In this document: piece after piece, positions 11,168 to 23,800 of the stretch
Layout of the letters: the number at the start of each line of letters is the position of its first letter
How positions within the stretch are numbered: position 1 is the first letter of the stretch
Source: Lingula anatina
Lineage: Eukaryota > Animalia > Brachiopoda
Reading direction: 5' to 3'
NCBI GenBank assembly: GCA_051362555.1
Contig: CM120646.1
Coordinates: 9,796,001-9,860,000 of the forward strand
Length of the DNA stretch: 64,000 bases
Translations under genes and position numbers: made by a program
The notes under the pieces: generated by a model
Seen by the model: only the letters and a program-made list of their open reading frames with translations
Database searches by the model: none
Told to the model about the DNA's origin: nothing

Positions 11168-13898
11168 GTGACGGCACAAATTGTCGCCCGGCACAAATTG
11201 TCGCCGGCAACAATTTGTGCAGGGACTGTTGGCACAAATTGTCGCCGGCACAATTTGTCGCCGGCACAAATTGACGTCTTTCGGTGGCGACAAATTGTGT
11301 AGGCATTGATGGCACAAATTGTCGCCGGCACAAATTGTCGTCCTTAGGTGGCGACAAACTGTGTAGGAATGTCGGCACAATTTGTCGCCCTGCACAAATT
11401 GTCGCCAGCTACGATAATGCATACAATAAATCTCAACAATAATGCATATACTTACTCTTATACAATCTGGGTGCAATTTTATGATTGCCTTACTCTTCCA
11501 TATTTTTCCATCTATTTGCTGATACTCTGACTTCCTTAATTTGCTTTCGATCCTCCATTTATAAATAAGTGGAGATGGTTATTATCGGCTAGCATCACGT
11601 TTGATACATTATATTCTAGCCGTTAAACCTCGTTTACCGAAAGGGGTGGTTCCCCTCGAGATTTTTTTCACTGCATAAAAGCGCAAAAGATAATCCGACC
11701 TAGGCATCAAAGTAACTGTAAGTTCATCTTTTGCGGTAATTTTGATGAAAAAAATGTCGGGGTGAAAGATGGGGGTAGGGAAACAAACTTCGGGTGTAGG
11801 GGATGGTTGCCCCTCCGGACATTTGTAAGTCGCCATTTTAAAAATATCTTTATGCTATGGAGCTGAAACTTACAGAATATGTTAGAATCGTCATTTCTCC
11901 TCTTTATAACCAGGTAAAATTCTGATATTTGAAACCTTTATAGCGAATTTTTAAATTTTCGCTTATTTTCCCCAGTTTCAGCCAAATTATCAAAACTTTC
12001 AGGTCGGTCGACCTTTATGACGTCATTATTACGTAACGCATTGGTCGATTTTCATGATCTTGATATACCTAGATATAGGAGCCCTTATACAATCTTAGTA
12101 AACACCAGTACTTAATGTGTGCCAATTTCAAAATCATAGAGGGGGTAGTTCCCATCCCCTCTTCAGTCATAATGTTACAGAAAATGGCTCAGGTAGCCGA
12201 GAGTTATGCAGGTGTAGTAGGAATAAAAGTACCCTGTAATATTAGTCCGGGCTCTACCGTAAAGTAAAGGCAGTCTACACACAAAATTATTTTTCTATGG
12301 AAGGGTTGACACAACCCCCTAACGATTTTTTCCTGCCGCTAAACATTCCTTAGACATATCGCTAAACGACCTTTAGGTTGATCCTTTGCGCTCATTTTAG
12401 TGAAAGCAAATCGAACCTACCACCTTCCCGGGGGTACTTTGTCTGTTTAAAGATGAGAGGTTAGGGGAAGTGTAAATGCACCTTTTAGCTATTTTAAATA
12501 GATATCCATTTCGAAGTTATTATTCAGTTAAAACTAGTAGTTTTCTTTACTACTTTGCAAAAAAAGAACCCATGAAAATCGGATTTTCCTGTGATTTTTT
12601 ACGACATTTTGATTTTTCCTATATTTCGGAAAAAAATGTCAATTTTTCGGTTTTTCGGTAAATATGACGTCATAGTGACGTCATACGCTCACGGATGAAG
12701 TAGATTTTGGTATCAATGGAAAGAGGGGACAGATACCTATCCATTGGTACCACATACGGGGTATAGGGGGTTCGTTGTGAAAAAATAGGGGGGTTGCAAC
12801 ACCCCCTCCGTATTATATGTCAAAATCGCTCCGTATAACAAGGATTAAGTAATACGTAATTATTTGCAGAGGATTCTGCTCACATATAACCGCCAACACG
12901 TACACATGATAAAACTAAAAACATTAATGCGATGATGACTTTCTCACTTTTTTCTACCCGAAAAAGTCCTATTTTTAGCCGCCATGCCCGCAACAAGGAA
13001 ATGAGAGCATTATAAAACGCAAAATTACGAGACACATTATGAGACATGCCCGCAATATGACAAAAGTCATGTTTTTATGCAAGACGGAATACTTGACTTG
13101 TGTCCTTTTGAAGAAATGTATCTGGTCCACTAATAAACCCAAATAGCATAGAACAGCAGCGTGGCCGTTTGCACTGCTGTGTTTGGTGAAACATACACGC
13201 ACAGCCGACATCTGCCATGATGTCCATTTCATAGTCCATTGTTGCATTCTTGAGTGGATAAATTGTCCATCTATCTCATCTTTTCCAACACAATTGTGAT
13301 AAAAGTCGCATTTATAATTTCAGTAAAAAGAAAGATTTTTGTTACTATCACAATGAATATCGTCAGTCATGAGAGAATGGATCTCGAAATGGACGCTAGA
13401 CCACCTGTGGCACTCACAGCATTCATTTCGAGAGGCATTTCTCATGACTGAGGACATTTATCAGTCATTTGCTAAATAAATGAAGTCAGTAAATAAGCAA
13501 CTAGATAGAAAACAGTCATGAACGACTGAAAAAATAAGTAAGTTGCTCGAACATTAATTAATTTATTTAACATTTTAATTAAAATTAACTAGTGCTAAAG
13601 CAGCAGGGTGGCGCATTCATTCAAATGGGTCACTTGTCGGACTGGATTTATTTACTTTTCCTAACGAACCCTTCATTTGTATGTACGCACACAAATTATT
13701 GTATATACATTATTGTAGCTGGCGACAATTTGTGCAGGGCGACATATTGTGCCGACAATGCCTACACAGCTTGTCGCCACCTAAGGACGACAATTTGTGC
13801 CGGCGACGATTTGTGCCATCAATGCCTACACATTTTGTCGCCACCGAAAGACGACAGCCCCTGCACAAATTGTCGCTGGCGACAATTTGTGCCGTCAC
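11168..13898. mobile_element. Long-TIR foldback/MULE-like non-autonomous DNA element with internally repetitive TIRs and nested MITEs
   Basis: Starts gtgacggcacaaattgtcgcc and ends ggcgacaatttgtgccgtcac. The 200-260 bp arms (11168-~11428 and ~13695-13898) are inverted copies made of gcacaaattgtcgcc repeats. No transposase is visible. Confidence 0.75.
11622..12848. mobile_element. Two decayed piggyBac-like (TTAA-type) MITE relics nested in the foldback element
   Basis: Ends ttaaacctcg.../...ccgagagtta (~11622-12206) and ...aaggattaa (~12848), with shared gggggttg/caacccc and tgacgtca motifs. Confidence 0.4.
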
Positions 13899-14308
13899 AC
13901 ATGTACATTTACCCCTATTGATTGTTAGCAGACGACAGAACGTGCCCGCCACCACAGCCTCTCTCAACTTTTTTAACACTGGTAGTTGACGATTGATTTA
14001 TTATCATAAAACACTGTGAGGCATAATTTAAATGTTTTGTAAAATAAGGAGACAGTATGTACATTTTGAAGAATGCTACCAAAAAAAAAATCTTAGCGCG
14101 AAATAACCTTGCAATTTTAACAATAACAATGTAAGGGTGGGTGTAATTCCAAATCATTTACGCCGCAACGATCTCGTAACAAATGTCACTGAACGACTAA
14201 ATATTGGGAAAAATCTAATAAAAAAGAAAACATAAGTGCAACAGTTTCAATTTATTGTCACGGTATGTATGATTGTGTTTACACACTATCCCACTCCTAC
14301 AGCACTTG

Positions 14309-15661
14309 CTATGCATCGCATTCATTAGACAAGTCATATATCGGGTTTTGGAAACGGACTTGGTCGCTGGCCTTGCTGCTGGATGACGTTTTCTTTGAGT
14401 GTACCTTGGGAGTTACATTAGGCGAATCTCTGTTATCTAGAATTAATACTTTATCCTCTGGCCCATTCCGTCTGCGTCTGTAAGGTAAACAACTCAATTG
14501 GTATCTTACAAGTTACAAGTCAAATAAAGATTAAATAGTCGTATTATACTTTTTAAATCAAGTTCATATCTTTCGCCACAAACTATAAATAAGTGGTCCA
14601 TTTCTAAGAAATATTCAATTAAGCTGAAATATTAAACATATGTAATGGAAGTTTATTTGACTAGAATAAAGGAATGCTCACAACAGAACTAATCAGTGTT
14701 TCCCAACTGCCTGCCGACACATTGAAACGCTGGCTACTATTAACACAAAAATAGCGACCAACCCTGCTGTGCCGCCTCCTATAAAGGTCGCGTTTTCTGA
14801 ACGATACAAACCTACGTGTATAGATAGGACACGTCGTGGCTGTACAGCAGGAAAGAGTTGTTGTCTAGAATACTGAAATTGCCAAGAAAAATCAACAGCG
14901 GTTTCTATGTATTAAAATGCGTCGCAAATATTTATTTTGATTAACATATACCAAGCATTGTTGACATGTTTACTAAAAGATTTCAGAGCCGACGTTTGTA
15001 ATTTAAATATTAATTAAGAGAGGACTTGTATACAAATTCTTGAATTGATGAACAAAGACACTGGTTGCGGATCAAGTATGCTTCCTGAGAGTGTTGCTTT
15101 GAAATGTGAACCACGCATGCTCACAATTGTCTCCTCCCTTTCCATAACGGATACAACTCCACTCCCAGTGTGCCTCTCCACGCCTGGTCTCAAAGTGGGT
15201 ACGATCAGAGTCGGTGATGTGACTGGTGTGGACTTCCCCAGTCTAGGAGAAACTGTTTCTCTTGACTTCGAAGTGTTTGGGATATTTGGGGGCAAGAGAT
15301 GTCATCATATGTTTTTTTTTGCTTGCTGATAGTTATGCCATGATCCGCCTTCGTTGATGGTTTTGTTTTTAGGACTGTGCTTATTGTGGAAGACGTAGTA
15401 AACGCTGTAGCTGTGTCGGCTGTGGTAGCACGTAATGGGATTGTAGTTGTTAGTATGGTGGTTGTTGTTTTTGACTTTGTGGTTTTTGTCGTGAGGGTGG
15501 GTTGCATTTGCAGTTCTTGGGGATCTGGTTGTAGTTGTGGGAGTTGCGGTTGTTATTGTGGGGGTTGTAGTACTAAATGGGATATAGATTGTACTATTGG
15601 GGATTTCGGTTGCAGTTGTGAGAGTTGTAATGGTGGTTGTGGGAGATGTGGTGGTAGTTGT
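14309..15661 (-). pseudogene. Mucin-like type I membrane protein gene, 3' part, probably disrupted
   Basis: Thr/Pro-rich stalk (~15200-15661) needs at least two frame switches and is cut by a Harbinger derivative. TM-like IGGGTAGLVAIFVLIVASVSMCR at ~14714-14782. Terminal exon 14309-14477 (tacag acceptor) encodes RRRNG...FQNPIYDLSNECDA* with an NPxY motif; AATAAA at 14256-14251. Confidence 0.55.
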
Positions 15662-15663
15662 AA

Positions 15664-16740
15664 AGGCTGGGTCACACTGCGCTTGCAACCTTTTGGCAAC
15701 CTTTTTGCAAAATCTGGCGGTCGCTTGCGATCACTTTGCAAGCTAATTAAGAAGCTATGGCCAATTTGGATCGGCAAGCAGTCGCAAATCGGTTGCAACA
15801 AGGTTGCAGTATGGTATCTGCAACATCTTATAGACCATCTTCAAGTTAAAGGTTAACAGTCGCACACCGTTTGCCGAGCGATAAACAACCTGTCTGCAAC
15901 CACTTGGTGATTGAAAACCGGTTACAAGACTGTAGCAATCGCTTGTCAACTGGTAGCAGCAAGGTGACACAGAATATACATGTTGCCAACTTGTGACAGT
16001 AGATGCTTTCTCAAAAATTCCCCTCTCAAAAGACAAAAAAATCTAGTAAAATGGCTCCTTTTCAAAAAGACGGGACTGCTACAGTGTATAATCTTTGTTT
16101 ACCTAAGAAGTAAAAAGAATGAAAAAACTCAGAAGTACTGGGTGAGACCGTGGATTGCAAGACGCCCCTTGTAAGGCGATTACAAACATTTGATGAAAGA
16201 ACTTGGACTTGAAAATCAGGAAGTTTTCATTTCCTTCCTAAAAATAGAACCAGCAATGTTTTATGAACTTTTGAAAAGACTACAGCCTCAGTGCTGTAAT
16301 AAAAACATAAATTTGCATACGTTTTATCCTTATAAATCTTATAATACTCTTTAATATTTTCTTGTTCAAATACTTGGTCTCTTTGAGGTCGCAAGGCTTG
16401 TGCTGTTACGGTCACACTGAACAAAAAACCTCTTTGCGACTTGCAACTGTCACCGGTTGCTAAAAGGTCGGCGAGCGGTTGCAACAACTCGCAAAGTGGT
16501 TTCCAAATGAACGCTGGGTTGATATCCGGTGGCACCGGTTTTCGGTGCAGCACCGATAACCTCCTGTCGACTTGTCGAAAAATCTACTTGTGGTATCCAA
16601 CCGGTTGCTAACAGGTAGACGACTGCTTTGCAACTGATTTGCAACTGATTTGTGTGGTTTTCTCTTTGTCTTTTTAACCCCAGGCGTTTGCCACTTACAA
16701 TACAACGTTATTAAATCGTGACAGGTTGTGCGCATCGTGT
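15664..16740 (+). mobile_element. PIF/Harbinger deletion derivative
   Basis: Left end taa|aggctgggtcacactg, dense ttgcaacc/ggttgc subterminal repeats, and a transposase N-terminal relic YWVRPWIARRPL*GDYKHLMKELGLENQE...MFYELLKRLQP (~16136-16290). The right TIR is degenerate, so the end is approximate. Confidence 0.75.
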
Positions 16741-19700
16741 ACTTTTTACACTCTCATCCTTGTAGTGAGGATACCAAGCACTGGAAGGATGTTAAATTAT
16801 TTGTGTTGAAACTATTTTTATTTAAGATTATTGAGCACGTTCAACGATCTGTTCAATTATTTGAGGATAATTTTGATGGTTGAAATTATGATATTTAATA
16901 GCAATTATCCATTGCTGATAAAATTGTTCTTATTTTCCGTTTTCTCTGCATTCGTGTATTAGTTTCATTGTTTACTCTGATAACATGGCTTAGCAAATTT
17001 TAAATGACATACATAATTGAGGTTTTCGGCATTTTACCTATGAAATTATCGCAAAATGATAAAATAAATAAACGTAGCGTCAAAAAATCGCACATTGCTT
17101 TTTAGCCTCACATTAATTTTTTTGGTTTCGTCATTTTGAAACACGTGGTATATGAAAGCCTTGGCAATTAGTATAAAATCTTACCAACAAATGCAATTTA
17201 TGACTTCTTGTCCCTTGTGCCCAGCCTTGGATGATGGGTTGTGTAATGTCTAATAAAAGGGATTTAAGCTATCATAATGGCATGAGCTGACCACCCCCAA
17301 ACAACGATGAGAATCGTAGAACTTTTTTAAACAATATTGATGGAATTTCAGCAGTATCGTTTCATAAGAACTTTACTAACAACAGTGATAAACCGTAGAG
17401 ACGGGCATCCATAAATTCAATCACGAGCTGTCAACTTACACCTTACTAGTCATATAATTTATTATATTGTAAGGAGCCTGTATGAAAGCTAAATGATAAT
17501 ACTGATATAATAAATAAAAATCCATTTCCAGATAATCTGACAGCTAGGTGCGTTTGGTACGGGGACTGCCTTAGGAGACTGGGACACCCAGCAGGTGTCC
17601 GGAACCGCGGAAATTTAGCAATGGACAAAAAATGTTAACAGGCTCGAAATACGGACACCGTTGAGTACTTTTAGGTTTGATAACTCGTTAATACTATTAG
17701 TGCTTTCCTGATTCGTGGTCAAAATATTTACCTGTAAATCGCTACGAGGAAATCCAACGCTGGCAACAAAAAACAGTTTCAATCATTTAATGTTCACTCG
17801 TTGCTGGCTCAGGAACTGAGTGAGGAATCACACTCTTTAGTATCAAACGAAGAAAATGGCCTCTTCTTAATCAGAATAGTCAACAAGCTTACTTTACCTC
17901 TTTAGTCTTTACATAACCTTATTGACCTGTATTTTATGAATATCCATCAGTTCTGTAAGTTTGAAGACAAAAGGTAAAATGGTTTCATTTTATTTATTTA
18001 ATTAGAATAGTCAACAAGCTTATTTTACCTCTTTAGACTTTACATAACGTATTATAAAGAATTATGGACTAAAATAAAAAGGTATTATGTAAAGTTACCG
18101 ATATTGCCTGTTAATTAATAAATGTCTCTGATATATTCCTCCTTTTCCCAAACAAAGAAAAATGAAATATTTATATGAATTTTTTTTACTGTGTGGTAGT
18201 AGATATTTGAATAATCATATTGCGTTATATAAAATTAAAGTTTTAATATTAATCCTGCAAGCTTTGTCAGGGATAGTAAACACAGCTTGCAATGCACATA
18301 TTTTTCATGGTGCTTTTGGCATTGTTATTGCTATTATCATTCTTCAATATTCATAATTTAAGGAGTTGTTTATATTGCTATTATAAGTTGTAAATACTTT
18401 GGTATGTGTAATTTCCATGGAAATGCTTACATGACTATTATCAAAACTGTTATTGTATATAATGTACTATATAAGTATTTAAATATTAGCTACAATACTG
18501 TAAGAAAAATGTCATATTAATATTCCATTAATATCCCCCCCCCCCCCCCCCCCCGTGGAATTTTGGCAGGCACGTTAATTTCGGATACCCAACCAATCAT
18601 TATCTCCCCCTTCAATGACTTTGACACCCCCTGGAAAATTTTCTTCAGACGCCATTGCCCATGGGGAGATGTGGTCAGAAGGCCCAAAAAGGCTTGTGCA
18701 AAGTTTCTTTTACATAGTTCTATTTTCAATATTTTTTTAAACTAATCATATTGAAATTTGGCAATTTAATGCAGGACAGTCATAGCAGACGACATCAAAG
18801 TCAAAACTGTGCTGGGTCTATGCTACCATTCTCGCTCTCAGCCTAGACCAAGTTATAGGAGATGGGTTTGATCTGGGCGAGGTGTGGAAGGTAACAAAAG
18901 AACACAAAGAATGGTGTCCCCATGTCGTGGCCCTATTTCCCAACAGGGAAGACGGGGATAAGTACCGATAAGTAGTATTAATTTAGAAAAAAAAATGTAA
19001 AATAGAGAAATACACTAGTGGTATGTCATCTAAATTTTGACTTTAAAAGAATGTTTTTGGAGTTCACTTGCATTTATTATATGTTTGCTATCAACTGTGA
19101 AAATTGCAAGCCATAATGATGAAAAAATAGATGTTACAGCATTTTGTAAAGAGCATAGTTTTGAGTGCCCTTCTGCAGAATAAACAGAATTAGGCCTTAT
19201 GTAATTTAGACTAGCAGGGATGTATCCCATATACAATTTAAACTGTCAATATTGGTAGTTGGGCTGGACAGACTTACATTATTTAGACTGATAAATTATA
19301 ATGGCAGTGACATATTTCATATTTTATGGAATCAATTGTGGTAGTTGAGCAGGGGCAGACCCAGTGATATTTTCTGACAGTCTTCCAAATTATCTTTATT
19401 GATCTATCCTCCATTATTGTCCGTCTTTCGACAGAAAAAAATAGATACCTGCCAATGTAAACTTGAAAATCTGACCGTCTTCTGACAGACCCAGAAGACG
19501 GTCTCAATCTGCCTCTGGTTGAGTTAGACTGATTTACATTATTTTGACAATTGTTATAGGTGTGAAATTACCATTGTTTAATTTGTAAATAGTGGTAGTT
19601 TGGCAGGACTGATCTATATAATTTAGGAGCAATTGAGATAGCTGTGATGTTTACTTTAGCTGAAAAGATCAAATTTTAAGTTAGACTGATTTTAATAATT

Positions 19701-20811
19701 TGGATGAAACATTTGAAAAAGTGAAACATTTCCCAAAACTTTGCAATTTCGAGTTGCAATGGCAATGTGGATTTACAGTAATAACTCAATCTTTTCAATG
19801 GGATGTGACTTTTACATATACTGTATTTTTTTATGTCATAATGTCTTTAAATTAGAACATTTCTATTTCATTTTAAAATTAAAATGCAGGTTACTCTAAA
19901 GTTCTATTCTATGCAGTTATGCACCACAAATGCAATACAGAAATATAATTTTGTGATTATAATATTATGTATCTGAAAGTTTGATATCTTTTGCCCATTG
20001 AAAAGATCCATAATACCCTAACAACCTAAACCACAATTTATTTGCATGAACATAAAAATACTTCTTGCAAGCAACATAATAAAAATTGAGAATGATTTGG
20101 CTATGTGTCATTTTTTATTTATTGTTGGGTTATTTTTTTTTACCCCCCAAATTATTTTCAGTATGGCAGAAGATACAAAGAACTGCACATCAGAGCTTAT
20201 GGAGATTTCTAGTAAAAAATTGGATAAAAGTTTAAATTAATTCAACAAATATTTACAGAGTTACTTATATATCTATTTTCTATGAATTAATATAATAATT
20301 AGAAAAGTAGATGAAAAGCATCAAATTGAATCATTACAAACTATTTGTATTTCTATAATTCCTATTGTGTATCAGTACAGAAGTAATATATGCACTCTCA
20401 ACAATCTTTCACAGATACGTGCCCAAGAGGAAGGCGAGGTACTTGCAGTTTGCAATTTTTCATAGCAGTGCAACAAGTATCTACATGACTGCATTACAAT
20501 GTAGTTTAAGCTGTTGCTCATTTGTAGCTGATGGGTTTTGATGCTTTGTTCTCATCCTTGGTCAGAATTTTGATAAACTCATACATCCCACTGCTCCAGA
20601 ATATGACGAGAAGCAGTACTAGGTCCGATGCTTAGCCAATAAACTTCAGTGTTCCATAAATGTAGGCATCTTTACATCTTAGGTAAACCAAAGTTTTGTC
20701 TTGTCTTCTCATACCACGTCTAAAGAATGTCTTTATCTCTGAGTATTGATCTCTGACCATCACCTGGGTGGACCTCCATAATTAACATGTTTGACATGCA
20801 ACTGTACTGGA

Positions 20812-20899
20812 TTAAGGTGAATGTCGTCCTCTTTTTGATGGAGTTGACAAACTCGATCCCTTTCTTTTCTTTGGCACTCCTTCTCCAGCTTTACAAGAC
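20812..20899 (-). CDS. TOPBP1: TopBP1 terminal coding exon with bipartite NLS-like tail
   Basis: ttctag|[29 protein letters not shown]; phase fits the preceding exon. Confidence 0.8.
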
Positions 20900-23800
20900 C
20901 TAGAATTGGATACATAGTATATAATCAATGTTTTCTGTCCAGGTCCAAAGCCAGCATTTTTCAAAAAGTAGAACTTTTTACTGCTACATGTGCTCTACCT
21001 TTTTTTCATAAAAGAAAAAAAATTAACAAGACAGCAAAGCTGTCAAATGTACAGTCAAAAAGCAGAATATAAAGATTTACAAAATAGGCCATTTTGTCAA
21101 TTTTTGATGCAGTTATAAATAATACTTGAATGCAAAATCAACACAAAAATTTATTCATGCACAACAGGTAACATGTACAATAAGAATATTACTTCAGGCT
21201 TCAAATTTAAACACAGAAAATCCCAATATGTGAAAATAGATGACAGTGCATAAAGTAATATTACATATAGCTAAACAGCATAAGTAACATTACTATTTAC
21301 TAATGATTCCAATGATAATCAATTACTTTGAAACGAAATATTAAGATTCACACTAATCAACATTTATGGCCCGAACAGGGATACTCCAGATTTTTATGAA
21401 CAGGCACGAGATATAATAGAGTTCAATAATGAAAATTTCTTGATCTGTGGTGACTTTAACCTTACTTTAAACCCTGATCTAGACACAGAACATTATGCAA
21501 ATGTGAACTAGAGGATCAGAGAGGCGATACCGCCCCTGGATATTGTACCACCAGCTGGAGTAAGCGCATTAGTATGGACCCCCCCACCCCTCCAAAAAGG
21601 GACACCATCACCAGTCTTGTGCTTGACAAGCTCTATAAGATGCAATCAATAAGAGTTCTCAAAATATGCAAAAAAATATAACTAAAAATGGTATAATCAA
21701 GCAGATTTTCGAATTGACTTGCATTTTCCTACCCTTGATCACTCCTGTATTCTCTAGACAAAAGGCCTATTGGTTTTCCTTGAAAAGTGTTGTCAATGGT
21801 GCATATATGCTGACAAAAGAGAAAACCTAGGGGCAACAAGGGGCACATCTCTGCTAGTTTTAAAGATATGAGAGGCAAGAAAATATGCAAAGCTCAGTTC
21901 ATGGTGAAAAAGTAGGTCAAAGGTCAATTTCAATATCATAGTATATGAATTTCTATTCAAGTTCAATAGCAACCATGGGTATTTCTTTGCCAATTTTGCA
22001 GATTTAAAGGCCTGAAAACATGCAAAAAGCAGTTCATCATAAAAAGTAGGTCAAAGGTCAATTTCAAGGTCACAGATTGCTAGTGTATTACTTCCTATTC
22101 AAGTTCAATAGTAACTATGGACCTATCTCTGTCAGTTTTGGAGATAAAGGAGAAAGAAAATTTGCAAAGTTCAGTTCATAGTAAAAAGATGGTCAAAGGT
22201 CAATTTTAAGGTCACAGTAAATTGCCAGTATATGACTTACTACTTAAGTTCAATAGTAACTATGGACCTATATCTGCCAGTTTTGATGATAAAACGGAAA
22301 GAAAATTTGCAAAGTTCAATTCATGATGAAAAGTAGGTCAAAGGTCAATTTCAAGGTCACACTTAGATTGCCAGTATATGACTTCCTATTCAAGTTCAAT
22401 AGTAACTATGGACCTATCTCTGCCAGTTTTGGAGATAAAAGGGAATGAAAATTTGCTAAGTTCAGTTCATGGTGAAAAGTAGGTCAAAGGTCAATTTAAA
22501 GGTCATAGTGAATTGCCTCTAATGACTTTCTATTCAAATTCAATAGTAACTATGGGCGTATCTTTGCCAGTTTTGGAGATAAAAGGGAACAAAAATTTGC
22601 AAAGTTCAGTTCATGGTAAAAAGTAGGTCAAAGGTCAAATTTAAGGTCACAGTAAATTGCCAGTATATGACTTCCTATTCAAGTTCAATAGTAACTATGA
22701 ACCTATCTCTGCCAGTTTTGGAGATAAAAGGGAAGAAAATTTGCAAAGTTCAATTCATGATGAAAAGTAGGTCAAAGGTCAATTTTATGGTCACTGTTAA
22801 ATTGCCAGTATGTGACATCCTATTCAACTTTAATAGTAACTATTGACCTATCTCTGTCAGTTTTGGAGATATAATGTTACAATTCTGAGTTACAATAATG
22901 TGCCACCACAATGTACTTTTTAATACAGCATAACACGAAAACCGTATGAAATACAAAAAAAAAAACGGAGACCATATGCAATGTTGGGCTTTACATGCTC
23001 TACAAAATGCAAAAAAGAACGAGTCGCTAGCATTAACGGTTCCCGAATTAGAGACAGTTTTCAGTTTCGGTATCTTATGGCAGCTTCTCCCGTGAAAATG
23101 CACCGATTGACCCCAAATTCAAGGAGATGAAAGAAGACCCAAAGGGTAACACATTCCAATAAAATTATTGGTTAAGTCTGTGTAGTGTCTGAATAACAGC
23201 GCAAATAATATTTTTTTTGTAAAAAAATTCATTTTTTTGAAAATTTTGGCCCGTTTGACCTTGAAATAAAGGTCAAAGGTCAAATCCAAGGGCATATTTG
23301 AAATCTACACATATGACTTTTGGAAAGCTGTCTGTAGAAATTTTTCCCATAATTCCTTCCGTAGGGTAGATAATTGGCATTGAATTTTCAAAAATTTTGA
23401 CAAGGGTGCATTTCAACGAGCGTCACGCCCAGGTTAATGCACCGACTGAGACAAAAAAACCTGGGGGTTCAAGTTGAGGTTATATGTGACCTAAATCCAA
23501 GAGATGGGGACAGGGGTCCTTGCGGTCTAGGAGGAGAAGCGGTAACGGTGACTTGTATCCGGCGCCAGTACGCGGAGCCGGCGGAGCTTACGGAGCTGGC
23601 GGAGCCGGAAGAGACGGGTCGGGACTAAAACCATAAGTACTTCCAGCGTACACGCTGGTGGCACTATTAACCCTAGAGCTTAGCAAAAACTACTTGGAAT
23701 TATGAATGACCTAAAATATAATTGACTATTTCAGACTTCTCTATCCTGACGAGAGGAGATTCACATGAAGAAGAAGAGATCCCAGAAGGCAGGCTAAACT

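Noticed and set aside
11105-11476. Cys-rich repetitive ORFs (also 13592-13989 and 15377-15856)
   Set aside because: Translations of TIR subrepeats or of the antisense strand of the Thr-rich exon.
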